58,743 bases of DNA from Octopus bimaculoides (lineage: Eukaryota). The notes under the pieces were generated by a model, which did no database searches, had not been told where the DNA came from, and was given only the letters and a program-made list of their open reading frames with translations. Numbering within the stretch: position 1 is the stretch's first letter; each line of letters starts with the position of its first letter. Both the position numbers and the translations under genes were made by a program. The stretch is from contig NC_068988.1 of assembly GCF_001194135.2 (NCBI RefSeq), positions 17,023,777 to 17,082,519 on the forward strand, in the 5' to 3' direction. Below are positions 37,421-50,975 of this stretch, in pieces.

Positions 37421-40400
37421 GATAGCATGGACTGAGTCTCATTCCTTAAGTTCCTGTTCGGAAATCAATTAAAGTTTACCAACAAATTATAGAAACTATG
37501 TAAAACTATTGTGAAATATTTTAAGATGGTTCTGTGTAGCTGCATTTTGTAATAATCCCTCCACAAAGAAAAAAAAAACAGTTTCCCTTACAAATTCATT
37601 TTCAATGAAAGTTATGTCATCAACATGATTCCTGATATTTTGTATGTATGTTTTCTCTTATCTGGAAATAAACTGCTGACATTGGTTTTTTGAGAGAAAG
37701 AACCAGACATGTTTCCAATTACACAATACAGAGACTTAAAAATATTCTGTCTCATTGAATTCTTCGGCACTGATTTTTCAGCACTTCTATATATGTTTTT
37801 CACTAGTAATATTGTATTTACTTGCTTGCAAAAAAGTTTACATATTTTAAGAGATTTATATATATATATATATTATTTTGTCATTAAATCTCTGAGAGTT
37901 AGTGATGCAATATATTCCAAATCAATATTTATGTGACATTGGTAAAAAATATATAAATTACTTGGAGCATGTTATGAAGAAACAGCATTGTTCTAAAGTG
38001 TAGCTAAATAATTTCAACAAAAGATGTAAATGTATAATTAGTGGACGATACTCACAAGATAACGACAATGTAGGAATGTTTTCCTGAACTATTACATAAT
38101 TACATCATGAAATATAGTAACAGTTAACTTATGTGTTTCCTTTACTTCACACTGAGAACCCTAAATATATTATAACGCAATACAATGAAATATATTTTGA
38201 CAAGTATATATCGATATGAACAAATGTTTCTCAGTTCTTTTCCTTATGGTGGGAATCAGATGTACTTTCTCTGAATCATACTCCATTCATGAAACTAAAT
38301 AGTAGAAAAAATATAGCAGAAAATCTATAGTCGATATGCATCATATTTCATGTGTCTTTTCTTTTTACTTTATATCATCTGATGTCATATTTATCTCAAT
38401 ATTGACAGCAATTCTAATAATGAAAACAAATACATTTTTTTCTGTACATGTTCTAATTATTTTTGATCTTCAGAACCAAATAACTTTTGATTGAACATGT
38501 CCTTGCAGAAAGTTATTCCAGTTATGACAAACCGTTCTTTTTTTTTTCTCAGAACAGACTATATCTCAGTTTACATTATGCATAATGCCGTTCGATCTCT
38601 AATGGCGTGTGGTATCAGCTGATGGAGATAAACTTACTATATCTTGGATGTCATCCAGCAATATAGAGGCCTCCTTACTTGTTATATGAAAGACACTATT
38701 GTGATATGATCACGTGTGTGTCAGAATATATTTCCATGCAATTTGTTTTATGTGTTATTGATATTTTTGTAGGTTACACCGTCGATACTACGCCGGATAG
38801 TGTTAAGCTTCACTTATAATATTCAACTAGATCTTCAAAATGTAAATTTTCTAAAAATTAGTAACAATTTGCCTTACAATTCATGATAAATACGCGGTTC
38901 TTAATAATCTAGAAGTTTCTGAGATATAAACCATTCCATATAGGACATTGAATCAATTAAGAAAATCACAGATTAGGAACAAATAACGTCTTAATGACTA
39001 TTGAACTGCATATGTGAAATTTGCCCATATACCTGAACAGAATTAGGTGAAAATGAATTTATATTTAGAGCTATTTGATATTAGGGCACACACACTTTAT
39101 AAACTATTCCTTGCAGAGTTTTGAAAGTCATTGTTGAACCATTGATGTGACTTAAACATTTCACGTGTTCAGTTTTGAAGTTTTCTAGACTTCTTCCAGT
39201 TGGTGTCCATAGTGAAACGCACACTACTACGTCGAATGGCAAGGACGTTGTTCTAACGTCATCGAATATGGACATGTGAGGAGGCAAAGGCTGTAAAACA
39301 AGACTGTGTCTAATAATATGGCTCAGCGAATAGCATGTAACCATTTCCAGGGTCCTATTACTAAGATACTTGTTTTATATTAGCTTTCTATAAGTCTCCG
39401 ACGAAATAGACAATGCTAATCATTTAACCTGTATGCTATTATCCACATGTTAAATAAAGCAACGCATTTATTATTTGACAATTCATAACAATAGCAAGTT
39501 AGATTTGATGAACCACGTTATTCCTCCACAAATTACCGTTTTTGTTGCTTAATACCATACCAACTCTCTTTGAAAATAACTATAAGCAAAGGCTATCTAG
39601 CCGTGACCATTTCATACATTTGATATTTTACGACTACAATGTTTAAGATTTTTGTCTTCTTTATTAAAGAATGCGATTTAGGGGAATTAGGTCACTAGTT
39701 CCTGCCGTAGAGCACCGCTTAAATACTACCTGTTTGGTGCTTATTTTTAGTGGGAGAGTTTGGTGGTGACACCACAAGATCGAATAGTTTTATTTAATAT
39801 AATGACCTATTACCGAACGATCATTGCCCTCTATTCTCCGCTATATGTATCTTCCGCTTCCAGCATGGCGTCTATAATAGTAGAAGACCTATACTTCTTC
39901 ACTTCAGTAAAGGTACATAATTAATGATCTCTGTTTAACGGATGATCAAATATGCTTCAGCGATAACCTTTAGTATTCCATGTAACTAATATTAATGACA
40001 TTAATGAAGGAAAGGTGGGGAAGTTCAAGGGTGCTATGAAAGATTTGATTGTATGAGGAATTTCAGTGCAGTTTAAGTTATTAATCCTCTCGCTATAATA
40101 ATATTCAATACAGTAATCGTAAAAGTAGCATAGTAATTTCCTCTACAATAAATGTATATATCTGAATCTACTGAAAGCGGTTAACCCTGTCACGGTTGCC
40201 GCCAACGGCAGGCCACTAAACCTAGTAAAATCTATATTACAATCTCCACCTCTGCAGTAAGATGTCTCATATCTTCATTAGGCAAAGCCTGAATTCTCAT
40301 GATATTAATGAGAACATTGGATAATATTTACATTAATAACCATTATAAATATTTTGGCACTGATACTGAGTTTTATAACAGATTTATGACAACATAATCA

Positions 40401-40820
40401 TTTCTCTGCTAATCCTAGGAGACCAACTATCACAAACAATGAAGAGAAACTGGGAATATGCTAAATTCAATAGCATAACCAAAGCTCATTACATAATAAT
40501 TTAGATATAGCAATTTAAATGTTTTATCAGTTATGAGTATAGTGATAAAAAATCGCAAATATTGATTGTTACTGACACTATGTTTACTGGCAAAAATCAA
40601 TTTGATCATTGTATAATGAACAGAACCATTATTACTGGCATTAGAAGCATTATCATCAACACTGTCCTCCGAATCATATCGTGTAGATTATAAATACTAT
40701 CGATGCAAACCACAACTCCCGTTTGCCATGATTTAGTATAATCAGTTTAGCTAATGATAGTACTAGCAGCAGCAGCAGTAGGTCTAATTAAATAACAGCA
40801 ACGCCAGCAGTGCTATCAGC

Positions 40821-40889
<69 letters not shown>

Positions 40890-41078
40890 TCCTACGTTTC
40901 CCGCACAAGGGTAGAAAATTTGTGGGTGAGGAATTCAATTGACTGATATTTAATTTGTCAACCTGAAACGATGAAAGGCAAAATCGACCGCGGTGGGAAT
41001 TCAACTCAGAACGTAAAACGGAAAGATATGCCACTAAGTATTTTGTCCTGCGCGCTAACGAATCAACCAGCAACCAGC
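40890..41078 (-). mobile_element. SINE family A copy with (ATT)n after its 3' end
   Basis: The reverse complement contains CGTTAGCGCGCAGGACAAAATACTTAG...TTACGTTCTGAGTTGAATTCCCACCGCGGTCGATTTTGCCTTTCATCGTTTCAGG. Confidence 0.75.
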
Positions 41079-42433
41079 TAACTAAAAATCATGAGACCCG
41101 ATTTTTTCATTTCTTAGTTGGGGCTGACAGTAAGCCCATTACGTTGACCCTAGTCTTCGACTGTTACTAATGTTATCGACTCCGAGAGAATGAAGTAGTA
41201 GTAGTAGTAGTAGTACCCATACTGATATTACAGTAAATGGGAAAAATCTGAACATGTAACCCTAAACCTGGTAACACGACTGAGATATGGGACAAGAGTT
41301 TTCCAACCATTATAATCATAGATAAGTGTGCATTCATTTTAGGTTCCCAATAGTTTGGTATGCTCGACATCTCTCCTCTTCTTGACTGAGAAATATGAAA
41401 TAGCTTTTATGTCAATCTATTTCATTTAAACTTTTCTGTCAGTCTGATATTTTGTGCAATTTTTCCAGTTACAGTCGTCCACCGTATTGTTAATGATGAT
41501 ATTATCAGTAATCACTTATTAAATTTTATTAGTTAATATAATTATTTATCACTTGTTTCCTTTGGTACATCATCAATGTTTTCATCTATCACAACGACGT
41601 AGATTCATCTGGGAAAACGGTCAAGAATATTAAAATTTAAAATATAGTTTGTGAGCATCTATAATAACGTAACGTTAGTTATAAAACTTCTTTCTGAAAT
41701 CTTCCTTTATTAATTCATATACTTCAAATTACACAATAAGTACGCTGTATGATAAATGGTAACTTCTTTTTGTCTTTGGTCATTAAATGTTATTTCCTGT
41801 TTGCTTCTATCTAGAAATCAAAGGAAATTACTACTATGCTTTTCAATCTTTGCTTTTGTGACCCGGGGATCAAAGTTTGGAACTAACCTACTTTTCCATT
41901 ACGCATCGGACAGATTCAATGATGAGTGGATGAAACAGAAATATCATTATAGTAAATAATTTGCTCGATGCCACGGATTTGCTTGTCTTTTGCTTGGCCT
42001 TAAACACACGATTATGTCCCTTAGTGACTGACAATAATGTACATCTCTGATCATGAGCAGGAGCATGGGGGAGCATCATAGCCATGTCGTGAGAGGGATT
42101 TAAATAAATGAAGACAAAATCGAAGTGTGAAGGATATATTCAACATTTGTTAAATTTTTTAGGGGTAAGTAAATAGGAAATATCTGTTTTGCTACACTGT
42201 TATTTCTGGTTTAAAGCCAATGCTAAAAATTTTGAGAGAAAGTAACTGATCGATTCCATCGCTACCTCATGATGACAAAAGGCAAAATTTTACTTTGACT
42301 GGATTTGAAATACAAGCAAATAATGTAAAGCAACATTTCCAGCTTTGTAACAATTTTGTAGCAATTCCGTAACAATTCTGGTTCTGTAACAATTATACGT
42401 CCATTTGGATTTTCATTGGAGGTCAGCAATGCG

Positions 42434-42596
42434 AGGGAAGGGGGTCAAGTCGACTACACTGACTCTAGTAATTGACTGGTACTCTATTTTATGGAAAGGA
42501 TGAAAGGAAAAATTTAACAATCGATGGGATTTAAAGTCAGTATGTAAAGGGTCGGACGTAATGTCGCTGTGCATTTTGTCCGATACGCTAAAGGTT
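42434..42596 (-). mobile_element. Decayed SINE family A copy
   Basis: The reverse complement contains TTAGCGTATCGGACAAAATGC...TTACATACTGACTTTAAATCCC...CCTTTCATCCTTT...GAGTACCAGTC...GTAGTCGACT. Confidence 0.55.
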
Positions 42597-42847
42597 AGGA
42601 ATACTCGCCTGCAATTAATCTCTCCTTTGACATTGAAGAATGACCTACCTCTCTACCTTCTTGAAATGTACAGTAGTTATCTATGACACTGTGTATTGAG
42701 AGATTCTTTCCTTGAAGATAACTAATGCTGCAGTTCTTATTGTATCCTGATTCAGCTTTAGAACTGAAATTCTATGGCGGCTTTTAAACAGTATTTATAC
42801 ATTTTCTGCATAATTCGAAGTTCTATATTTACTGCATAGAATCTCAA

Positions 42848-43240
42848 GCATGGCTGTATGGTTAGGTGGTTTGATTCGTAAGCAGATTTTTACTGCCTAT
42901 GTCTCGCCGTACAGTCATACGGAAACATATCTTCTATTATATACTCGGGCTGATCAATGCATTTTCCGTTAATTCGGGGGAAACTGTGCAAATTCCCTCG
43001 TCTGCACACATTCGTGTGCGTGCCTTCGAGTGTGTGTATCTATGTGTGTATGTGTGTGTGTGTGCGTGTGCGTGTGCGTATGTGCTCGTGTTTGTGTCCC
43101 ACCGCTTGACGTACCGTAACGTCGCATTTTCGACAGAATAAGTACCAAACTTGAAGTTAATTACTATTCCAATTTGATTGACCACACTCTTTAAGACAGT
43201 GCCCAAAGATGACCACAGGTCAATGACAGAATATCAGAAT
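42848..43240 (+). mobile_element. Decayed SINE family B copy with internal (GT)n
   Basis: Head-like GGCTGTATGGTTAGGTGGTTTG, internal (GT)n, and CCACCGCTTGAC...GACAGAATAAGTACC...GTGCCCAAAGATGACCACAGGTCAATGACAGAA tail. Confidence 0.55.
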
Positions 43241-45807
43241 ATGTATGTTAAAATATTAATACCTCGTTTTTGCGCGCTATATTAACACAAGTAAACACTG
43301 CAACTCGTTTATTGTTTTACCCTGGAGTTAATTCTAAATAATTTATCCAAGTATCCAAGTCGAATCGTGCCAATATAATTTTCAATAATCGTTGAGAAAT
43401 TCCCGAAGGTTTTCGTTTTTCTTATTTTAAAACTAATTAGGCTCATCCCATGAAAAATCAATAAAAACGATGAAGATAATCAAATACGTTTTGAAAATGT
43501 TCAAACAGTCCTTACATTATTATTAGTATATTCACGATGTTTACGCGGTCCGTGTTTCTGGTAGTTTTTCAAGTTCTTGTCATACGCAGTTATATATCAT
43601 TAAAATTGTACTACTTTGCAAATGGGCAAGAAACATTTTTTAATCGCCTAAATGTTTCTAATTCAACAGTATTGTTAGAACCGTTATTTAACTTTTCTTC
43701 TTATATTTGAGCAGCAAAATGAATTCATATACTATATTCTCATTATAACTTATAACAAGAAGATAATTGTTATATACAATAACATTATAAATACTATTGG
43801 AAAAACGATTATAAGTGTCATGACATAGAATACGTGTGATCGTATGTGATTATTCATATCCTGTTGATATAATAGAGTCTATTTGAATTGTCATCTCTAA
43901 GATATCAGGAGGTTAATAGAACAATCACCTCTTTCTCTCAGGATCTGAAACTGGCTGGTCAGCTTTAAGTAGAAAAAACTGTTCTTTAGCTATATATTTT
44001 ACTATCTATTGAAGAATATCCCCATAAAAGATGGCGTATTATCTAAAACAAAATGCCATATTGCCTACTTTATACACGGCTATTATGGATGAAGTAAGTG
44101 TTCTGCTCAGCGTAAATAAATGCTAAGGTGTGTTCAGTGAATAGTGTCGTTATATCTTCTATATTATGACGTATAAATCTGTTCCACTAAATCAAATCCC
44201 TTCTGACACCAGGATTACAACTACTACTTGGTTTGATTTCCCCTTTCAAACATTTGGACTTAGTTTCAGATGCGAGAATAACTATGACGGCAGATTGCTT
44301 TCCCCATTTTCCCCACCGGTCTCCATGTTAGAAAATTATTCAACGTTGCTCTTTTCCTCCTACATTAGACATTAGAGCAACAATTGATATTTTTTTTTTA
44401 ATGCCGACAATAATCGCAGAAATATTCTTGATGTAAAGTCATATTTATTGTTGTTATTTTGCCCTAGGTCAAAATAAGCCCTATTATCAGAATGTCTTAT
44501 TTATGGCAAGTGAAAGTACTGTCTAGAACCTCGCCACTCATGTATGGTCTTATTGCTGGTGTCCATATTAAAAGTTTGATTGCTTTAAATTTTACTGAAG
44601 GTTTTGGGAAATTGTGTTGATGCAGAGATATTGAAGATGCAAGAAGGGCACGTAGTAGAACCTATTTTGTTTTAAATTCTTGAATGAGAAGATGATATTT
44701 TTGTCCATAATGTTAATTCATACAATGTGAAAATTGTTGTGTAGAATATGACGCTATTTTTAAAAGATGCCTTGCATTAAGACCGTGTGCTATCCAAGAG
44801 AACCGGTAGATAATTCACGGTATCTAATCTTTATATTTAATTCTTAATCACGTTATTTGAACAGTCAACTAAACAGTAGCAAGCTTAGAATAACCTAGAG
44901 AACAGAAGCACATACCGCCTTACGGTCTGTAATTTAAGTAGTTATTCTTAGTGAGACTAGAGCTTACCCCACCCCACTGTTAAAATCCCGAAGGACTGTC
45001 TGGCTTCTTTAATCTGTTGAAAATATTATGATTAATGTTCTGTACATTCGTTATTTCGATGACGTAGTTACGTTAAACGAACTCAATAGTGGTCATGTAA
45101 TCGATTTAGGAACATAATTCGTTTTGTGTAGTTTTACATAATCCGATACCATTTTGTTAATAGATATCAGTGGTATTGATCCACAGAACACGTTACACAA
45201 ATCTGGCTCCACAACAACAAAGATTCATTGGTAGGCTTTTTTACCACATTCTTTCAAACAATATTTTTGGCCAGAGGTTTATAGAATACCGACATAATAT
45301 GAATGAAATAGCAATTCAATGAGAAATATTATTTGTTTTTTGCGGGATGTTGTTCACTTCCTTATAAGAAGTCAACTACGAGGCTGCGCAAATAAACTGA
45401 AGAGGCTGGTGATGACAGACGTGATGACACTGTGAAGTATGTTACATGACAAACACCAATAATACCCCTGAACATTATCAATGCGAAAACTTTTTCCAAT
45501 TTTCGAAGTTGATTAGTACAAGTCTCAAATCAAATACTGTAATGCTTTGGGGAGATGACTTTTCAATTTCTATTGTTGTCAAAGAAGTCTTATAAACAGC
45601 CATTATATTAAATCAATATACAAAATGTTTCTAATTCATCGTTAGCAGTTATCGTCTCTACCATTATATAGGTTAACGTGCATTATTTTTTCGAACCATG
45701 TGGGAATGTTTTCGTAGTTGTAGTTTCGAAACAGCCACCTTCCTTTGTATTGCAACATGTTTTAATTATTTTATGTGCATAACTTTTTCTTTCTGTGACC
45801 TGTGAAT

Positions 45808-46056
45808 GGGCGTGGCTTAGTGGTTACGGTAATCGGCTCATGATTGTGAGTTCGACACCAGGCGGCTAGTTGTGTCCTTCAGCAGAACACTTCATTTTAC
45901 GTTGCTCCAGTCCACTCAGGATTGTTACACAATGTGGCACGTTGATTCTTCCTGAGAAGTGTGGAGTGTTCAGCCTCTTGCACGTTAATTTCAAGAACAG
46001 GCAGTTATTTTATTAGATAAACTGGCATCTTCGAGATCGTAATCGACGACGTACCA
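45808..46056 (+). mobile_element. tRNA-derived SINE with a CORE-like middle and the family C 3' part
   Basis: A-box TGGCTTAGTGG, B-box GAGTTCGACAC, TTGTGTCCTTCAGCAGAACACTT, and GAGTGTTCAGCCTCTTGCACGTTAATTTCA, which is shared with 31390-31420. Confidence 0.65.
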
Positions 46057-46407
46057 GTTTCCAGTTTTCATTGTGCACAAGTGTTTCTTTATTTTTTGCA
46101 TAGACATATGTAATTATGTACCGTATTCTTTGTTATACAAATTTTCCAGTCATTAGGATGTCGAATGCATTAAGCCATTGATTTCGAAACTTTTGATTTA
46201 TCTTATCGAATAATGTAATTTCTCAGAGGTATTCTATTTCATTCAAGCGACCTTGATGATATCTGCAGATGCAGATATCTCATACACCAAAGTATAACCC
46301 ACCCCATCACACTCACAAGTGCTTTTCGGTTTGTCTGTGTATGTATGTGTGTGAGGCTGTAACATTTTTGGCGTGTTTTATATATTTTTTGTTTATTCAT
46401 GTTTATA

Positions 46408-46413
46408 TTCTGT

Positions 46414-46482
<69 letters not shown>

Positions 46483-46522
46483 CACTACCACTACCACCAC
46501 CACCACTTCTTTTTCTTCTTCT
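46408..46522. repeat. Compound (CTA)n-(CCA)n-(CTT)n microsatellite
   Basis: Direct reading. Confidence 0.95.
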
Positions 46523-46523
46523 T

Positions 46524-46698
46524 CGTCTTACCACACCTGGCAAAATACTTAGCGGCATTTCGTCCGTTTTAAAGTTCTCATTTCAAATTCCGCCAAGTTC
46601 GACATTGCTTTTATCGTTTCGGAGTCGACAAATTAAGTACCACAGAAACACTGGTATCGATGTAATCGAATCTGCCACTTCCCCAAAATTTCAGGCCA
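46524..46698 (+). mobile_element. SINE family A copy (5'-clipped)
   Basis: GGCAAAATACTTAGCGGCATTTCGTCCG...TTCAAATTCCGCCAAGTTCGAC...GGAGTCGACAAATTAAGTACCA...CCCCAAAATTTCAGGCC. Confidence 0.8.
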
Positions 46699-47219
46699 TC
46701 TCTTCCTGTATTTACTACACGATAGGCTCAGTGTGTTCTTTTCCCCTCAATCCATAGGGTATCTCAGTTGTGCTCCATTTCATTTGCTCGCATTTTCCTC
46801 AATAATTCTAGTGTCATGTTCTGAGATTACTTCTATTTCGATGCTGTTCTTTCCAGTATACCTATAAAAGTTGAATTATTTTTAACAAACACGCTGTCAT
46901 CTTTAATGAACAGGGATGGCTTTTCGCTGGGACATATATGCTCGACTTTCGCTAGCACTTCTTGCCCTGTCTTTTCCACTACTGCACCAAATTTTTGTTC
47001 TAACTTTAAATCGTACTTTCTTTATTATCTTTCTCTTCTTAGATAGTTGTATAATATGATCGTTGCACGTAGCAGATTATTGTGTCATCTTTTGATATTG
47101 TGAATATTAGGAAGGTCACTGCGCCTAGGATCTATTTCGGACTAGGATCTATTCAAGGATTATTTGCTCTACGAGTCGTTTCAGGTCGTTTGTTTTACTG
47201 CTGTTGTTGAGATTGTTAG

Positions 47220-47253
47220 TTTTCTTGTTGTTATTATTATTATTGTTGTTGTT

Positions 47254-47316
<63 letters not shown>

Positions 47317-47318
47317 TT
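47220..47318. repeat. (TTG/TTA)n directly followed by (AAT)n
   Basis: Direct reading. Confidence 0.9.
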
Positions 47319-50250
47319 ATTTCATGTTTAGTTTTCTACGTACTATCAGCCTACTACTGAGCGCAAATCTCTGCACGTTTTGTACATCCAATGTTTTGAT
47401 ATGTTTTGTATTTTTCTGTAATTGTTAGTATATATTTCTTCAGCAACATATATTCAGTACCTAATATTTCTAATTTAGTATCGTTTCTATGACTAAGTAG
47501 TATAATTTCGATTATATATTTCCTTCAATGATTTTTTTCCTTGTAGCCCGAGGCGTCTATTATTACATGAATTCATTCTGATACACTCCTCCCATATTCT
47601 GTTTATCTCTGTGACCAATCAACCGAATATATCGACTAAAATATTTAATCGATTATTTTTCAACTACTCTTGTTTTGTGGATTGGTATATAACGCAGATT
47701 GAGCATTTGATCATTTCTATTATGGTACATGTTTATATCAACTCTTAGTCTATTGTTAATTCAAAATATATTGTAGATCGAACAAGAAATTGACTGATTG
47801 GTGGAGCGATGATCAATAAACTTTATAGCAATTAAGTACATCCATTTCAAACTATCCTTCAATTAGTATTTAGTAGTTTCCATACTGACATAAATATCAT
47901 ACGAAACACGGCTCGTGGGAATATAGGTACCTTATCTGATATGATTACGCGTGTGTGTACGTGCTTGTGTTTGTGTGTGTGTGAGCATATGTTTGTGTAT
48001 AAACATAAATTAGTATATGAATGTTTTACAAATTTTAACAGTACAATTCACAGCATGTAACTAGTATTACCTGATTAGGCGCGTTCCGGCTTGTTTTGTT
48101 ATCTCTGTTTCTCAGCATGGGTACTGAGGCACTCAGTCACGTAACTAAGTGTTCTAATAATTATGATTAGGAATTTAGAATTATATTCCGGATGGAATAA
48201 CTGCAGATTTCTTATGAGTTCTTTTAAAGACGATTTCCTTTTCAGTAACCTCTAGCAGTCTGTTGATATCTCCTGGTTAACTGGTTTCAGCTTGTTTCTA
48301 TTTTCATTGTCGCATCTCATTTTGTCTAATCTCTTCTGCTTACATTTTATTAACGTCTTGATATTTCAATTATATTCTTCAAAAGTATTTACGTTTATAA
48401 CCTCCACATCACTGTGGCTACTTATATTTTTTCTCTTGAAGATTATACATTCTATAAATTTCATTTCCTACTGTATTGCAGCCACAATATAATGTCTCAT
48501 AGACGGGCCTTTTGTGTACATTTTAGGACATGTATATGTGACGCGGGTGATATTCTCAATGTCGATTAAATAAAATCTTCTTTAGTGTTAGTATGTAGAT
48601 AGGGATTCTGTGCATCACATTTTGGACATCATGCATTTTGCGTATATATCTTATCCTTGCATTGCAAAATCACATTCTTTAGAGCGAATCATATCTCTTT
48701 CCTGCGCAGGAGAGACTAACAACGTATGTTAATGTTACTTTCAACATGCAACCCTCTGGGAAAATAACCATGCATGACATTTTGCTGTTTGTAGGCAAGT
48801 TATATATTTTAGAGCTTGTTCTTTCGTTATGAAAATGAAAATCCCAATGTTTGGATTGTAAGCTAATGAATATATTTTTTTACAAATTAAAACAAAATAC
48901 ATCGCTAAAAATTATGTACACAATACTATCTTTCTCTCTCTTTCTCTCTTTAGTTATCTACTTGTATTAATCTGTGTATATGTTTATCTGTTTTCCTCAT
49001 ATATATAAACGTATTCAGTTTTTATGTACTCATTTCCCATACAAAAGATTGTTTCACAGCTGGCTGGTGTAAATGTGAAACCTATACAAAGATTCCTTAT
49101 TTCACTATGTCGTTAACAATAGCATTCAATGTTTTCTCAAATAATATTTCATTTTTAATATCACATATAATCTATTTTATCTATGGTATTGAAAAAGTAT
49201 TTTTTGTTGAAAATTTTAAGCATCTCTTCAAAAGAACTGCTTATACCTTATCTACACAAGACGTTTGGTATAAAGTACATATTTTAAGTTCTAGGTAATC
49301 ACCAAACGTTGTTTTATTTAGTATCAAATAAAGTCATATATTCGATATGCCTCTTCGCTCTACTTAGTGAGTTCTCTGCTTTTATATTCCAACTATATGA
49401 CAGTTGAAAAGAACATAAAGAGAAATAATGTAGATTAAAGCGAAAAATAAAATGAGAAATAAATAATTTATAAGAAATACAACTAGAGAGTAACAACTCG
49501 CCAACATCACCGCAATAATAACATGGTAAATACCAGCTGTAACTGCTTCAGAAAAAAAGCATTGTTAAGTAGCAAATAATTTTATCAATATTGCTATTCT
49601 CTTGTTGAACGAGTTGTAACACATTTCGACAAATAAAAGTTATTTCCTGCTTTGATTTCTATTTTATTTTTCCACATTAATAGCTTTTGTTTCTATTCCT
49701 AGCTTTAAAATTAAATGCATTCCTTTTCGCTACATTACAATGCCAAGTCAACCATTATCGCATGTTCAAATGCAATTATCAAACTCATAGTTACAATTCA
49801 TAGATAACCTTTAGTGTCACCTTCAAGTCTAATATTATACAAGAAATAATAGTAGCAACATTCATAATTTCTTTGATTAGCATAAGGTTATCAACGTATA
49901 GCGGAAGAATATAGTCGAATTAATCGTATTCCAATGCACAGACGGAAAGAAGAATTTGAACATGAGCAAATTTCAAATCTGAACGTGAATGAAATCATTA
50001 ATAGAATCAAAGTTAATATTAATAGTTTAACCCTGGTCCAAGAAGACCAAATGACGGTTAGAATGATTAAATTTAATCAATATAAATACGGGCCTGGTAT
50101 TGGTTTTAATAATACAAAAATTATTGGTTTCAAATGTTGGCACAAGACCAGCAATTTTGAGCAAGCGGGTCCACAGATTCTGCACTTAACATTGTCTGCT
50201 CTGTTGTGTTGTCATTATTATTATTGTTGTTGTTTTTGTTGTTGTTGTTA

Positions 50251-50410
50251 AGGCGGCGAGTTGGCACAATCATTAGCACGCCTGGCATAATGCTTCGGGG
50301 TGTTGTGTCCGTCCTTACGTACTGAATTCAAATTCCGCCGAGATCGACTTTACTTTTTATCCCTTCGGGATTGAGTGATGACATACCAGTTGAGTTCTGA
50401 TGTCGATGCA

Positions 50411-50412
<2 letters not shown>
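50251..50412 (+). mobile_element. SINE family A copy between trinucleotide tracts
   Basis: AGGCGGCGAGTTGGCACAATCATTAGCACGCC...TGAATTCAAATTCCGCCGAGATCGACTTT. Confidence 0.8.
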
Positions 50413-50496
<84 letters not shown>

Positions 50497-50563
50497 CATT
50501 ATTATTGTTAATAATAGTAACAACAGCAAAAGCAACAACAACAATGCCAATATTATTATTATT
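50411..50563. repeat. (TTA)n tract with a degenerate AAT/AAC segment
   Basis: Direct reading. Confidence 0.9.
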
Positions 50564-50975
50564 GAGTGAGAGCAGGTGCATCCCATCAAAGTGACACTGG
50601 GGTACAATTATACGAAGCCAAATATACCCATCACGATTGCCCGTCTGATAAGGGCACACCCGGCACATGAATTACAACCATATATACGCGGCATGGCGAT
50701 TACATGTCAAGATAAACAGCGCATGATCTTGCAGGTGGGGCCCGGTTAGAATTTTCTTCAGGTTGAGTAGCCCATCCCGTGCAAATCATCCCAGAATAAG
50801 GTTTGTTTAAGGATGATGAACAAAACACCCATGTTTCCAGAGGTTATGATGTTCCCCCACTATTTCTACTCGTGATCAGAGATGCACATATTGTTAGCCA
50901 CCAAAGGACATGCTCAAATGATTAGGGTGAATCAACTGACAAGCAAATATGTGGCTTTGAGCGGAATATTTAGGG
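50564..50975 (-). mobile_element. Probable retroposon 3' end with (AAT)n tail (family not assigned)
   Basis: GC-richer complex sequence ending, on the minus strand, ...GATGCACCTGCTCTCACTC(AAT)n. It resembles a high-copy octopus repeat from memory. Only one copy is in the window. Confidence 0.5.

Noticed and set aside
40141-40260. VTVAANGRPLNL, reminiscent of a retroviral-type protease flap
   Set aside because: No D(T/S)G motif and no neighbouring gag/pol sequence.
45396-45440. CTGAAGA-GGCTG...CAGAC possible hammerhead
   Set aside because: GAAA and the cleavage arm are absent.
46836-47018. 61-codon open minus frame (KYDLKLEQKFGAVVEKTGQEVL...)
   Set aside because: It looks like decayed coding sequence, but I cannot assign it. 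It would need tBLASTn.
49934-50251. 105-aa ORF
   Set aside because: It ends in a microsatellite, has no homology that I recognise, and its length is compatible with chance.
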